Below are positions 22,263 through 30,674 of a stretch of 64,000 nucleotides of DNA, in pieces; within the stretch, counting starts at the first letter, position 1; each line of letters opens with the position of its first letter. Origin of the DNA: a virus. Below the pieces are notes generated by a model, which ran no database searches, was not told the DNA's origin, and saw nothing but the letters and a program-made list of their open reading frames with translations. Made by a program: the position numbers and the translations under genes. Where the stretch lies: positions 51,202 through 115,201 of the IMG/VR virus record IMGVR_UViG_3300023174_000087. One strand, written 5' to 3'.

Positions 22263-22431
22263 TTATACAGTATATAATGGTAAATTTGTTTGCCATGAAT
22301 GCAAGATTGAGGTCAGATCATTAAGGCTTTATGCAGAAACAAAGACTGCAACATGGATGTGTAAAGATAAACACCTAAGCACTGTTAAGTTTGGAAAACA
22401 AAAAAGGAAAAATAATGACAGAGAAGAGTGA
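22255..22431 (+). CDS. Small Cys/His protein (58 aa, below the ORF-track cutoff)
   Basis: MPSYTVYNGKFVCHEC...WMCKDKH; overlaps both neighbours. Confidence 0.55.
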   Translation: MPSYTVYNGKFVCHECKIEVRSLRLYAETKTATWMCKDKHLSTVKFGKQKRKNNDREE

Positions 22432-22699
22432 GTCAAAGAGAATAGGTGCTAAGCAGCATAAGAACTCTGGTCGTAATACTCAAAAAGGTGATGCCACTTG
22501 GAACAACTTTGTCGTAGATTTTAAAGAAGTCAGCAAATCTTTTACATTAAATAAAGATGTTTGGGCAAAAGTAACAACAGATGCTATCAAAAATAGCAAA
22601 GACCCAGCAATTATTGTTGTTCTAGGAGAGGGTAACTCAAAAGTTAGGCTTGCAATAATAGAACTAGAAACATTAGAACAATTAACAGATAGGGTATAA
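22415..22699 (+). CDS. PD-(D/E)xK Holliday junction resolvase-like protein
   Basis: NSGR..KGDA..VVDFKE. Confidence 0.7.
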   Translation: MTEKSESKRIGAKQHKNSGRNTQKGDATWNNFVVDFKEVSKSFTLNKDVWAKVTTDAIKNSKDPAIIVVLGEGNSKVRLAIIELETLEQLTDRV

Positions 22700-22706
22700 T
22701 AGTATT

Positions 22707-23432
22707 ATGGATACAGGATACGCACCAAAAAATAAGATTGTCCCCCACATTGTAAAGGGGTTCTTCACAGAAGAAGAGATTTCTGAAATTCTTGCTATTG
22801 TGGAAAGACAAAAAACAGACGAGTCATTAGATTCTTTTTATAGACCCTTTATGCTGCCAAAGATGTCAAGAATGCAAATTGAGGTAATGTACCCAGATCA
22901 TATAGTGGAAAAACTTGAACGATTTGCTTCAGAAGTTGCTGGAGAAGAATTAAAAATGTACCATAATAGTTATTTAAGTTATAACCTAGAACACACAGAA
23001 ACAAAAGATGCAAATCCAAAACTTCCTCCACACTATGATTCAGATAATTATTTTTCTAAGTTGACATTAGACTATCAATTAAATAAAACCCTTGATTGGA
23101 CAATTCATATTGAAGAAGATAAATTTGATCTTGAGTACGGAGACTTGCTTGTATTTTGGGGTGCAGGTCAGGTTCATTGGAGAAATCCAGTTTTATTTAG
23201 AGAAGGAGATAGCACAGAAGTTTTAACTATGCACTTTTCAAACAAAGAAGATTTTGAAAATTTAAATGATCTTGCAAGAAAAGTAGAGGAAAGAGAAGCA
23301 AGACTTGAAAAATGGGGTCAAATTCCAGAGTATGTAGAATACTGGCAGCAATATGAAAAACAAAATGATCTTGTTGTAAAAAGAAAAAAATTAATGCAAA
23401 TTATAAAACAAAACACCAAAACAACGGAGTAA
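22707..23432 (+). CDS. 2OG-Fe(II) oxygenase-like protein
   Basis: LPPHYD (HxD) ... QVHWR; leaderless TATAAT 6 nt upstream. Confidence 0.7.
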   Translation: MDTGYAPKNKIVPHIVKGFFTEEEISEILAIVERQKTDESLDSFYRPFMLPKMSRMQIEVMYPDHIVEKLERFASEVAGEELKMYHNSYLSYNLEHTETKDANPKLPPHYDSDNYFSKLTLDYQLNKTLDWTIHIEEDKFDLEYGDLLVFWGAGQVHWRNPVLFREGDSTEVLTMHFSNKEDFENLNDLARKVEEREARLEKWGQIPEYVEYWQQYEKQNDLVVKRKKLMQIIKQNTKTTE

Positions 23433-23437
23433 AAAAA

Positions 23438-23743
23438 ATGGAAAAAGAAGTAACAACGCTAGACATGGTAAATGGTTTAGCAGAAATTGCCGACTACATG
23501 GAAGATGAAGAACTTACTCAGGCACTAACCTTTATTGCCAAGATCATAATTAAACCAGATATACCGCTAAATGTAGCAACTGTTGAGATTGTTAGACTTC
23601 AGGCAATTGCAGCAAAGATGTCTTTTAAAGCAACCTGGATGGCCAATGTTGACAAGTCTGACAGAGGAAAGAAAAATCTTTATTACACTGCTGCTGAATC
23701 AATCAACAATCTTGTTTCTGCTCTAAAATATATAACACGCTGA
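23438..23743 (+). CDS. Hypothetical helical protein
   Basis: ORF with GGAG SD. Confidence 0.6.
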   Translation: MEKEVTTLDMVNGLAEIADYMEDEELTQALTFIAKIIIKPDIPLNVATVEIVRLQAIAAKMSFKATWMANVDKSDRGKKNLYYTAAESINNLVSALKYITR

Positions 23744-23780
23744 TATATGCTATACTTAATAGAATAGAAATGGAATAATA

Positions 23781-24575
23781 ATGACAAAAAGTTTATTGCA
23801 ACAGATTATGATAAAAAAAGATACACTTCCCGCACATCCACTAGAAGTTGATGCTTTGGTTGAAAAAATTAAAACTGGATATACAGTTAATCGCATTGAT
23901 AAGCATACTCAAAAGAAAACATTTGCGCCTTCTACTATCGCATATGGTCATGGAGAATGTCCTAGATATTGGTACCTTGCTTTTGATGGTCAAACATTTG
24001 AAGATAATGCAGATGCTTATGGAGCAGCAAATATGACTGCTGGTACAAAATCTCATGAAAGAATTCAAGATGCTATGGGAAATGTTCCAGATTTCCTTAT
24101 CGACTCTGAGTTTAAGATTACATATCCAGATCCTCCCATCTTTGGATATGGAGACGTAATGCTTAACTGGCAAGGAGAACCTTTGCTTGGCGAAATTAAA
24201 ACAATGATGAATGAGGGTTTTGAATATCGTAAAGCGCATATGAAACCAAAGACTGGTCATCTAATTCAATTATTAATTTATATGAAGATTTTAAAGAAAG
24301 CAAAAGCAGTATTAATTTATGAAAATAAAAATAACCACGAACTATTAGTTTTGCCAGTAGAAGTAAATGATCATTACCGTCAATGGGTAGATCAGGCTTT
24401 TGAGTGGATGCGGACAGTTAGAAAGGCTTGGATAGATAGAACTTTGCCCAAGAAAAACTATAGGTCTAATTCAAAGATTTGTAAAAATTGTCCAATTCAA
24501 AAGGCTTGTTCAGCAGCAGAGGTTGGGGATCTTAAAATTAATTCCTTGGAGCCTTTGACTGATGAAGCATTGTAG
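23781..24575 (+). CDS. Cas4-like exonuclease
   Basis: ECPR, GTKSHE, GYGD..GEIKT, QLLIY, CKNCPIQKAC. Confidence 0.85.
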   Translation: MTKSLLQQIMIKKDTLPAHPLEVDALVEKIKTGYTVNRIDKHTQKKTFAPSTIAYGHGECPRYWYLAFDGQTFEDNADAYGAANMTAGTKSHERIQDAMGNVPDFLIDSEFKITYPDPPIFGYGDVMLNWQGEPLLGEIKTMMNEGFEYRKAHMKPKTGHLIQLLIYMKILKKAKAVLIYENKNNHELLVLPVEVNDHYRQWVDQAFEWMRTVRKAWIDRTLPKKNYRSNSKICKNCPIQKACSAAEVGDLKINSLEPLTDEAL

Positions 24576-24846
24576 TTGGTGTGACAATCAATTTTCAACG
24601 GCAATCTCTTACCAGATATACTGTTCTCCTGAATGTAGAGAGTCAGCAACAAAAGAAAAAATTGCTGCAAGATACATGCATTCAAGAAGACAAAAAAGAA
24701 AAGGTAAGGATAGGCGTTGCAAGTCTTGTGACAAACAACTATCAATTTATAATGATGATGCATTATGTGCTGAATGTAACATAAACCCAATGGTGGTGGC
24801 AAAAGTTATTAAACAGATTAAAGGAATTGCAAATGGTAAAGAATAA
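24562..24846 (+). CDS. Zn-finger protein
   Basis: CSWC, YCSPEC, CKSC, CAEC. Confidence 0.65.
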   Translation: MKHCSWCDNQFSTAISYQIYCSPECRESATKEKIAARYMHSRRQKRKGKDRRCKSCDKQLSIYNDDALCAECNINPMVVAKVIKQIKGIANGKE

Positions 24847-25417
24847 ATGGGGTATTGAAATTATTCCACAAATTATATGCTCTATTGATGCAAGTACTAA
24901 TAATCTTGCTTTTGCTATCTTTAATACTAATAAAAAAACTTTAGAATCAGTTGGTAAGATTAATTTTGAAGGTAGTAATACCTATGAAAAAGTTATGGAT
25001 GCTGGGCAAAAAGTTAAGGCATTCCTTGACATTTATGGTGGGTTTGAAGCGATAGTTATTGAGCATACAGTATTTATGAATAGCCCTAAGACTGCTGCGG
25101 ATCTAGCATTAGTTCAAGGAGCCATTCTTGGCGCTGCAGGACAATCAGGCACTAAGGTAATAGGTAGGGTTGCTCCAATAACTTGGCAAAATTTTATTGG
25201 TAATAAAAAAATATCCAAAGATGAAAAACTATATATTCGATCACAAAATCCAGATAAGTCAGATTCATGGCTTAAGGCATATGAAAGAGAACTAAGAAAA
25301 CAAAGAACAATAAATTTTATTAATATTCAGTATGATAGAACAATAAACGACAATGATGTCGCAGATGCTTGTGGAATTGGTCACTGGGCAATGAAAAATT
25401 GGGACAAAGCAATATGA
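24833..25417 (+). CDS. RuvC-like resolvase
   Basis: SIDAST, IVIEH, DNDVADACGIG. Confidence 0.8.
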   Translation: MVKNKWGIEIIPQIICSIDASTNNLAFAIFNTNKKTLESVGKINFEGSNTYEKVMDAGQKVKAFLDIYGGFEAIVIEHTVFMNSPKTAADLALVQGAILGAAGQSGTKVIGRVAPITWQNFIGNKKISKDEKLYIRSQNPDKSDSWLKAYERELRKQRTINFINIQYDRTINDNDVADACGIGHWAMKNWDKAI

Positions 25418-26469
25418 GGATATTAGTATCAATAATTTCTTATAAAGAGGGAGATCTTCGTGGAACAGTTTTAGATTGCTACAACAAAGCAAAAAATAAA
25501 GAAGATTTAATATTTTCTATAGTAGAGGAACACTATCCAGAATTTTATTCAGATTTAAGTTTTATTCCAAAGAAACAAATAATATATAGGAAATATGATC
25601 TTTCTAAATATAGGGGAATTTTATGGGCAAGAAATTTAACAACAAAAAATATTTTTGTTAACTACGATTATGTATTATATATTTGTGGTCATACGAGGTT
25701 TGAGGAAGACTGGGATGTTACTTGTTTACAGGAATACGCAAAAGCAAAAGCAAAATCTGAAACAGGTAAAGCAATTTTAACATTTTGCAGTCCAGATTTT
25801 GAGTACAATAATGACTGGTCTATTAGATATAAAGATAAAGTTAAAACAAACTTATATCATCCGTCAATAAATGGTTACGATCCAAGGTCTCAGTCTCCAT
25901 CAGATTTTATTCCAGGCTATTGGTTTCCAATTGGTCATGCTCCACCCGAAGATGATGATGTTCATGAAAACTATTGGGTTCATTTCACTTGGTGTTTTGC
26001 AGAAAAATCTTATGTGGAGGAAGTTCCATTAGATCCAGAGATGAATTTTAATGGAGAAGAACCCTATGTTTCTTTGCAATCCTGGGGTCGTGGTTGGAGA
26101 ATGTATGCAACATCTAAAATATTTTATTATCACCATCTTTCAAGATCTTATCCAGGAGAAAAAGAAAGCAGATATAGAACTGCAAGACCATGGGCAGATG
26201 ACAAAAAGAAAGAACACTGGGAGCACTCAAGAAAGGCAATGTTAAAACTCAATATGTTATTTTCTGGAAGGTTAGATGGCAAGTATGGTGGAATATCATT
26301 AAAAACAGCAACTGAATATTGCAAAAAAAGTGGTATTAATTTAAAGTGGACAGAATATGATCCAGAGTATGACAAGATTGATGGATACCAACATATGATG
26401 TGGATAAAAAATGATGAGCCAATTAAGAGAGAAGATTTAGATTGGAAAATTCCAGAGGTTGACAAATAG
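25414..26469 (+). CDS. Glycosyltransferase, Gnt1/GT60 (GlcNAc-T)-like
   Basis: ILVSIISYKE..L..TV.DCYNKAKN; GILWAR; YICGHTRFEEDWD; VPLDPEMNFNGEEPYVSLQSWGRGW; YYHH. Confidence 0.75.
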   Translation: MRILVSIISYKEGDLRGTVLDCYNKAKNKEDLIFSIVEEHYPEFYSDLSFIPKKQIIYRKYDLSKYRGILWARNLTTKNIFVNYDYVLYICGHTRFEEDWDVTCLQEYAKAKAKSETGKAILTFCSPDFEYNNDWSIRYKDKVKTNLYHPSINGYDPRSQSPSDFIPGYWFPIGHAPPEDDDVHENYWVHFTWCFAEKSYVEEVPLDPEMNFNGEEPYVSLQSWGRGWRMYATSKIFYYHHLSRSYPGEKESRYRTARPWADDKKKEHWEHSRKAMLKLNMLFSGRLDGKYGGISLKTATEYCKKSGINLKWTEYDPEYDKIDGYQHMMWIKNDEPIKREDLDWKIPEVDK

Positions 26470-26487
26470 GATTATGGCTGCTAAACT
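26459..26487 (+). promoter_or_regulatory. Sigma70-type promoter
   Basis: TTGACA-17 nt-(TGC)TAAACT. Confidence 0.55.
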
Positions 26488-26629
26488 ATATACATCAGAA
26501 GTTTTTATGCGTAAGAGATATCTCATAGATAAAAAGACTCCAGAAGAAATTGCAAAAGAATGCGGAGTAAGTCTAGAAACTATCTATGTGTATCTTGCTA
26601 AATTTGGATTAAGGAAGTCAAGAAGATGA
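26474..26629 (+). CDS. Small HTH protein (51 aa)
   Basis: KTPEEIAKECGVSLETIYVYLAKFGL. Confidence 0.75.
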   Translation: MAAKLYTSEVFMRKRYLIDKKTPEEIAKECGVSLETIYVYLAKFGLRKSRR

Positions 26630-26748
26630 ATAAGATTCAAAAAACATTTGCTGTTATAACTATTGCTAGTGCAGTGGGAATTTCCTATGCACTATATACT
26701 CTTAGGGGTTTGCCAGAAGCATTTGATTGGGAGGAAGATGATGAATAA
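26626..26748 (+). CDS. Small membrane peptide (40 aa)
   Basis: One TM segment, acidic tail; ATGA overlap. Confidence 0.45.
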   Translation: MNKIQKTFAVITIASAVGISYALYTLRGLPEAFDWEEDDE

Positions 26749-26902
26749 AATTAAACATTTTATGTATTTTGGAAAATTAAAATTTAAGCAGATGACTTGC
26801 AAGCATTTAGATTCATCAATTTCTTCATGCCCTTTTACAGAAAGAACATATACAACATGTTTGTTGTGTTTCAAACAATTAAATGTTGAGGTTACAAAAT
26901 GA
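26738..26902 (+). CDS. Small Cys-containing protein
   Basis: CKH..SCPFT..TCLLC. Confidence 0.45.
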   Translation: MMNKIKHFMYFGKLKFKQMTCKHLDSSISSCPFTERTYTTCLLCFKQLNVEVTK

Positions 26903-27141
26903 GCAATAAGTTAAATATAACAGTTGACCAAGTAAATAATCCATTGCATTATACATCGGATCCCTCTGGCATTGAGTGCATTGAGATTACTAGACATAGA
27001 AATTTTAATGTTGGAAATGCATTTAAATATCTTTGGAGAGCAGGTCTTAAAGATGAAGCAAAAACTATTCAAGATTTAGAAAAAGCAATTTTTTACATTA
27101 AAGATGAAATTAATAGACTAGAGGGCAAGTATGTCAACTGA
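26899..27141 (+). CDS. DUF3310 / SaV-like protein
   Basis: DQVNNPLHY..GIECI..GNAFKYLWRAGLK..DLEKAIFY. Confidence 0.85.
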   Translation: MSNKLNITVDQVNNPLHYTSDPSGIECIEITRHRNFNVGNAFKYLWRAGLKDEAKTIQDLEKAIFYIKDEINRLEGKYVN

Positions 27142-27664
27142 AGATGATGTTGTTAAGCATTTAGACCAAGTAAATCTTGTTGTTGAAGAATACCTAAAGG
27201 GCAATGATCCAACACAAATATCTAAAGAACTTTCTATACCAAGACAAAGAGTTGTTGCGTATATAGATGAGTGGAAAGTTAGCGCATCAAATAATGCTGC
27301 AATTAGAGCAAGAGCAAAAGAAGCACTTGCTGGAGCAGACCAACACTACGGATTACTAATATCCAAATCGTATGAAGTTATTGATGAAGCGTCAATGACT
27401 AATAATCTTAGTGCAAAAACTGCTGCAATTAAACTTGTTATGGATATTGAATCAAAGCGAATTGATATGCTTCAAAAGGCTGGTCTTCTTGAAAATAAAG
27501 AACTTGCTGACGAAATGGTTGAAATTGAAAAGCGTCAAGAAGTTTTGGTTGGAATTCTTCGTGAAATTGCTTCATCTCATCCAGAAGTTCGTGACCTTAT
27601 CATGCGTAGGCTTTCTGATATATCAAAAGAAAATGAAGTTATAACGGTAATTGCAGATGTATGA
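27131..27664 (+). CDS. Probable terminase small subunit
   Basis: N-terminal HTH plus coiled coil, directly upstream of the large subunit. Confidence 0.55.
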   Translation: MSTEDDVVKHLDQVNLVVEEYLKGNDPTQISKELSIPRQRVVAYIDEWKVSASNNAAIRARAKEALAGADQHYGLLISKSYEVIDEASMTNNLSAKTAAIKLVMDIESKRIDMLQKAGLLENKELADEMVEIEKRQEVLVGILREIASSHPEVRDLIMRRLSDISKENEVITVIADV

Positions 27665-29426
27665 TGAATTTTTAGATGTACTTAAAGACAATAACTTTAG
27701 AGAGATGCCTGTAAATGCTAAAGCATTTGTTGAGGGTGAAAATTATTTGGGTCAGCCACCACTATCAGATATTCAGTATGACATTGTAGAAGCAATGAGT
27801 CAAATATATAAATTAGAAGATGTTATTGATATCTTGGGTGAAGCAGAAGGAACTAGGTATTATAAAAAATACACTAAAAATGAAATTATTTTACAACTTG
27901 GCAAGGGATCTGGAAAAGATTTTACATCTACGGTAGCCTGTGCATATATAGTTTATAAACTACTATGTCTTAAAGAACCAGCAAGATATTTTGGAAAACC
28001 ACATGGAGATGCTATTGATATTATCAATGTGGCTATTAATGCTCAACAAGCAAAGAATGTTTTTTTTAAAGGTTTTAAAACAAAAATTGAAAATTCTCCA
28101 TGGTTTGCAGGAAAATATAACGCAAAGGCTGAGTCTATAGAGTTTAATGATTCAATTACGGTTTACTCTGGTCATTCAGAGCGTGAGTCGCATGAAGGCT
28201 TAAACCTTATTCTTGCTGTTCTAGATGAAATATCTGGTTTTGCACAAGAGGTAGCAACTGGAAACGAACAAGGAAAGACTGCAGACAATATCTATAAGGC
28301 ATTCCGTGCATCAGTAGATTCTCGTTTTCCAGATCTTGGAAAGGTTGCTCTTCTTTCTTTTCCTAGATATCCTGGAGACTTTATTTCACAAAAGTATGAT
28401 GATGTAATTGCAGAAAAAGAAGTTATAAACTACACTCATAATTTTATTATGAATCCAGATCTTCCAGAAGATGCTACGGGAAACTCACTTGAAATCAATT
28501 GGGACGAAGACACAATCGTTTCATACAAGTACCCAGGTGTGTTTGCTTTAAAAAGACCAACATGGGTTGTAAATCCTACTAGAAAAATTGATGACTTTAA
28601 GTTAGCATTTTATACAGATCTTGGTGATGCTATGCAAAGATTTGCATGCGTACCAACATATTCTTCTGATGCATTCTTTAAACAAATTGAAAAGGTTAGG
28701 TCGTGCATGACACTTCGTAACCCATTGGATAATTTTAGAAGGTTTGATGAAACATTTAAACCAGATCCAGAAAAAATTTATTATATACATGCTGACCTAG
28801 CCCAAAAACATGATAAGTGTGCTGTTGCAATTGCACATGTTGATAAGTGGGTAAATATTCAGGTAATCAAAGATTATCAGCAAGTAGCACCAGTAGTAGT
28901 GGTAGATGCAGTTGCTTATTGGGAACCAAAAGTAGAAGGTCCAGTAAACCTATCAGAAGTTAAACAATGGATTCAAAACTTAAGAAGGCTTGGATTCAAT
29001 ATTGGGATGGTTTCTTTTGACCGTTGGCAATCATTTGATATTCAGAATGAACTAAAGCAGGTTGGAATGAGAACTGAAACTGTTTCTGTTGCCAAAAAGC
29101 ACTATGAAGATATGGCTATGCTTGTGTATGAGGAAAGACTTGCAATGCCTGCTATAGATCTTTTGTTTGAAGAACTTACAGAACTTAAGATTATGAAAAA
29201 TGACAGAGTTGACCACCCCCGCAAAAAGTCTAAAGACTTGGCAGATGCGGTTTGTGGTGCAATTTTTGGAGCAATATCACACACTCCAAAAAACATGGAT
29301 CAAGAAATTGAGATCCATACCTTTAGGGATAGACCTAAAGTTGACATGAATCAAGACAATGTGATACACTATAAACCTATGCCAGATGATGTAAAAGATT
29401 ATTTGGATAGATTTAATCTACTATAA
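27657..29426 (+). CDS. terL: Terminase large subunit
   Basis: GKGSGKD Walker A; AVLDE Walker B; IHADLA; SFDRW; DHP..SKDLADA nuclease motif. Confidence 0.9.
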   Translation: MYDEFLDVLKDNNFREMPVNAKAFVEGENYLGQPPLSDIQYDIVEAMSQIYKLEDVIDILGEAEGTRYYKKYTKNEIILQLGKGSGKDFTSTVACAYIVYKLLCLKEPARYFGKPHGDAIDIINVAINAQQAKNVFFKGFKTKIENSPWFAGKYNAKAESIEFNDSITVYSGHSERESHEGLNLILAVLDEISGFAQEVATGNEQGKTADNIYKAFRASVDSRFPDLGKVALLSFPRYPGDFISQKYDDVIAEKEVINYTHNFIMNPDLPEDATGNSLEINWDEDTIVSYKYPGVFALKRPTWVVNPTRKIDDFKLAFYTDLGDAMQRFACVPTYSSDAFFKQIEKVRSCMTLRNPLDNFRRFDETFKPDPEKIYYIHADLAQKHDKCAVAIAHVDKWVNIQVIKDYQQVAPVVVVDAVAYWEPKVEGPVNLSEVKQWIQNLRRLGFNIGMVSFDRWQSFDIQNELKQVGMRTETVSVAKKHYEDMAMLVYEERLAMPAIDLLFEELTELKIMKNDRVDHPRKKSKDLADAVCGAIFGAISHTPKNMDQEIEIHTFRDRPKVDMNQDNVIHYKPMPDDVKDYLDRFNLL

Positions 29427-29441
29427 AGAAAAGAGAAATGA

Positions 29442-30569
29442 ATGAATTCATTTAAGAAAATTGCACTAGCCATGGTTGCAGCCATGACTTTGGGCACAAT
29501 CGTAGCAACACCTGCAAGTGCTGCTGTAATGACAGTCGCTGTATCGCTTGACTCTGTAGCAAACACTACAGCATCAGCAATCGCTACACCTGCATCATTG
29601 CCAGTCCCTGCAGACAACTCTGTTGATGCTGCTGATGCACTAAAGTTCGTTGCAACAGTTGACGTAGGAACAAGCGTAACTGTTTCAGCAACAAATGCAA
29701 CAATCGTGTCTGCACTACACACATCTGCTGCACCAGTAGGAGCAACATCAGGATCATCATCTTTGACAGTTGCAACTGGTACAGGAACAACAGCAACATT
29801 TTATGTCTACACAAAGACAACAGCAATTGGTACAGTTGTAATCAACAACCAGGGAACAACTCTTACATACTATGTACAGGGAACTGCTGGTAAGATTAAC
29901 TCTCTTACAGTCTCTGCACCAACATCAGGCGCTGCTGGCACAAAGCAAGACATCACAGTAACTGCAACAGATACTTTTGGTAACAAGGTTTCTGGTAAGT
30001 CAATTACTGCAACAGTATTCGCTTCAACAGCAACACTAGATACAGCAACAGCAACAACTGGTGCTACACTTTCAGACTTTGGAGTTGCTACATTTAAGGC
30101 AACACTTCCAACAACTGGAACACGCTCACTAATCACATTTGCACCAACAACTTCAACAGATGCAACATCTGCAGATGTAGTCGGACTTCCTGCTCGTGCC
30201 CTTGCACCATTTGCAGAAATCGCAGTTCGTGATCTAGTATCAGAACTTGCTGCACAAGTTGCTGCTAAGGATGCAGCACTTGCTGCAAAGGCAATCGCAG
30301 ATGCTGCAGTTGTAAAGGCTAACGCTGATGCTTCTGCTGCTAAGGTTGCTTCAGATGCTGCTCTTGCAGCAGAAAAGGCTGCTTCTGCAAAGGCACTTGC
30401 TGATGCAAAGACTGCACATGATGCAGTTGTAGTTGCTAAAGATGCACAGATTGCAAAGTTGACTGCAGATAATGCTGCTACAATTGCAAATCTTAAGGCA
30501 TCATTTAATGCACTTGCTAAGCAGTGGAATGCAAAGAATCCAAAGGCCAAGGTTACTTTAGTTAAGTAA
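29442..30569 (+). CDS. Exported Ala/Thr-rich surface protein (Ig-like domains plus coiled coil)
   Basis: Sec signal MNSFKKIALAMVAAMTLG..ASA; TATDTFGN Ig-like motif; strongly biased codon use; own terminator. Confidence 0.7.
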   Translation: MNSFKKIALAMVAAMTLGTIVATPASAAVMTVAVSLDSVANTTASAIATPASLPVPADNSVDAADALKFVATVDVGTSVTVSATNATIVSALHTSAAPVGATSGSSSLTVATGTGTTATFYVYTKTTAIGTVVINNQGTTLTYYVQGTAGKINSLTVSAPTSGAAGTKQDITVTATDTFGNKVSGKSITATVFASTATLDTATATTGATLSDFGVATFKATLPTTGTRSLITFAPTTSTDATSADVVGLPARALAPFAEIAVRDLVSELAAQVAAKDAALAAKAIADAAVVKANADASAAKVASDAALAAEKAASAKALADAKTAHDAVVVAKDAQIAKLTADNAATIANLKASFNALAKQWNAKNPKAKVTLVK

Positions 30570-30585
30570 TTAGTCCAACATTAAA

Positions 30586-30615
30586 GGGGTTACCAATTAC
30601 GGTAGCCCCTTTTTT
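30586..30615 (+). terminator. Intrinsic terminator
   Basis: GGGGTTACC/GGTAGCCCC stem followed by T6. Confidence 0.85.
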
Positions 30616-30674
30616 GTGGAATAAAATGGTATAATCATCCTAGCAGACATCTTGTCTCTAAGGGGGAAAGGTAA

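Noticed and set aside
23781-24575. Cas4-like gene as evidence of a CRISPR-Cas system
   Set aside because: No repeat-spacer array or other cas genes were seen; solo Cas4-like nucleases are common in phage recombination modules
17990-29426. Introns or inteins in dnaE, recA or terL
   Set aside because: The ORFs are continuous and of ordinary length, with no intein or homing-endonuclease motifs
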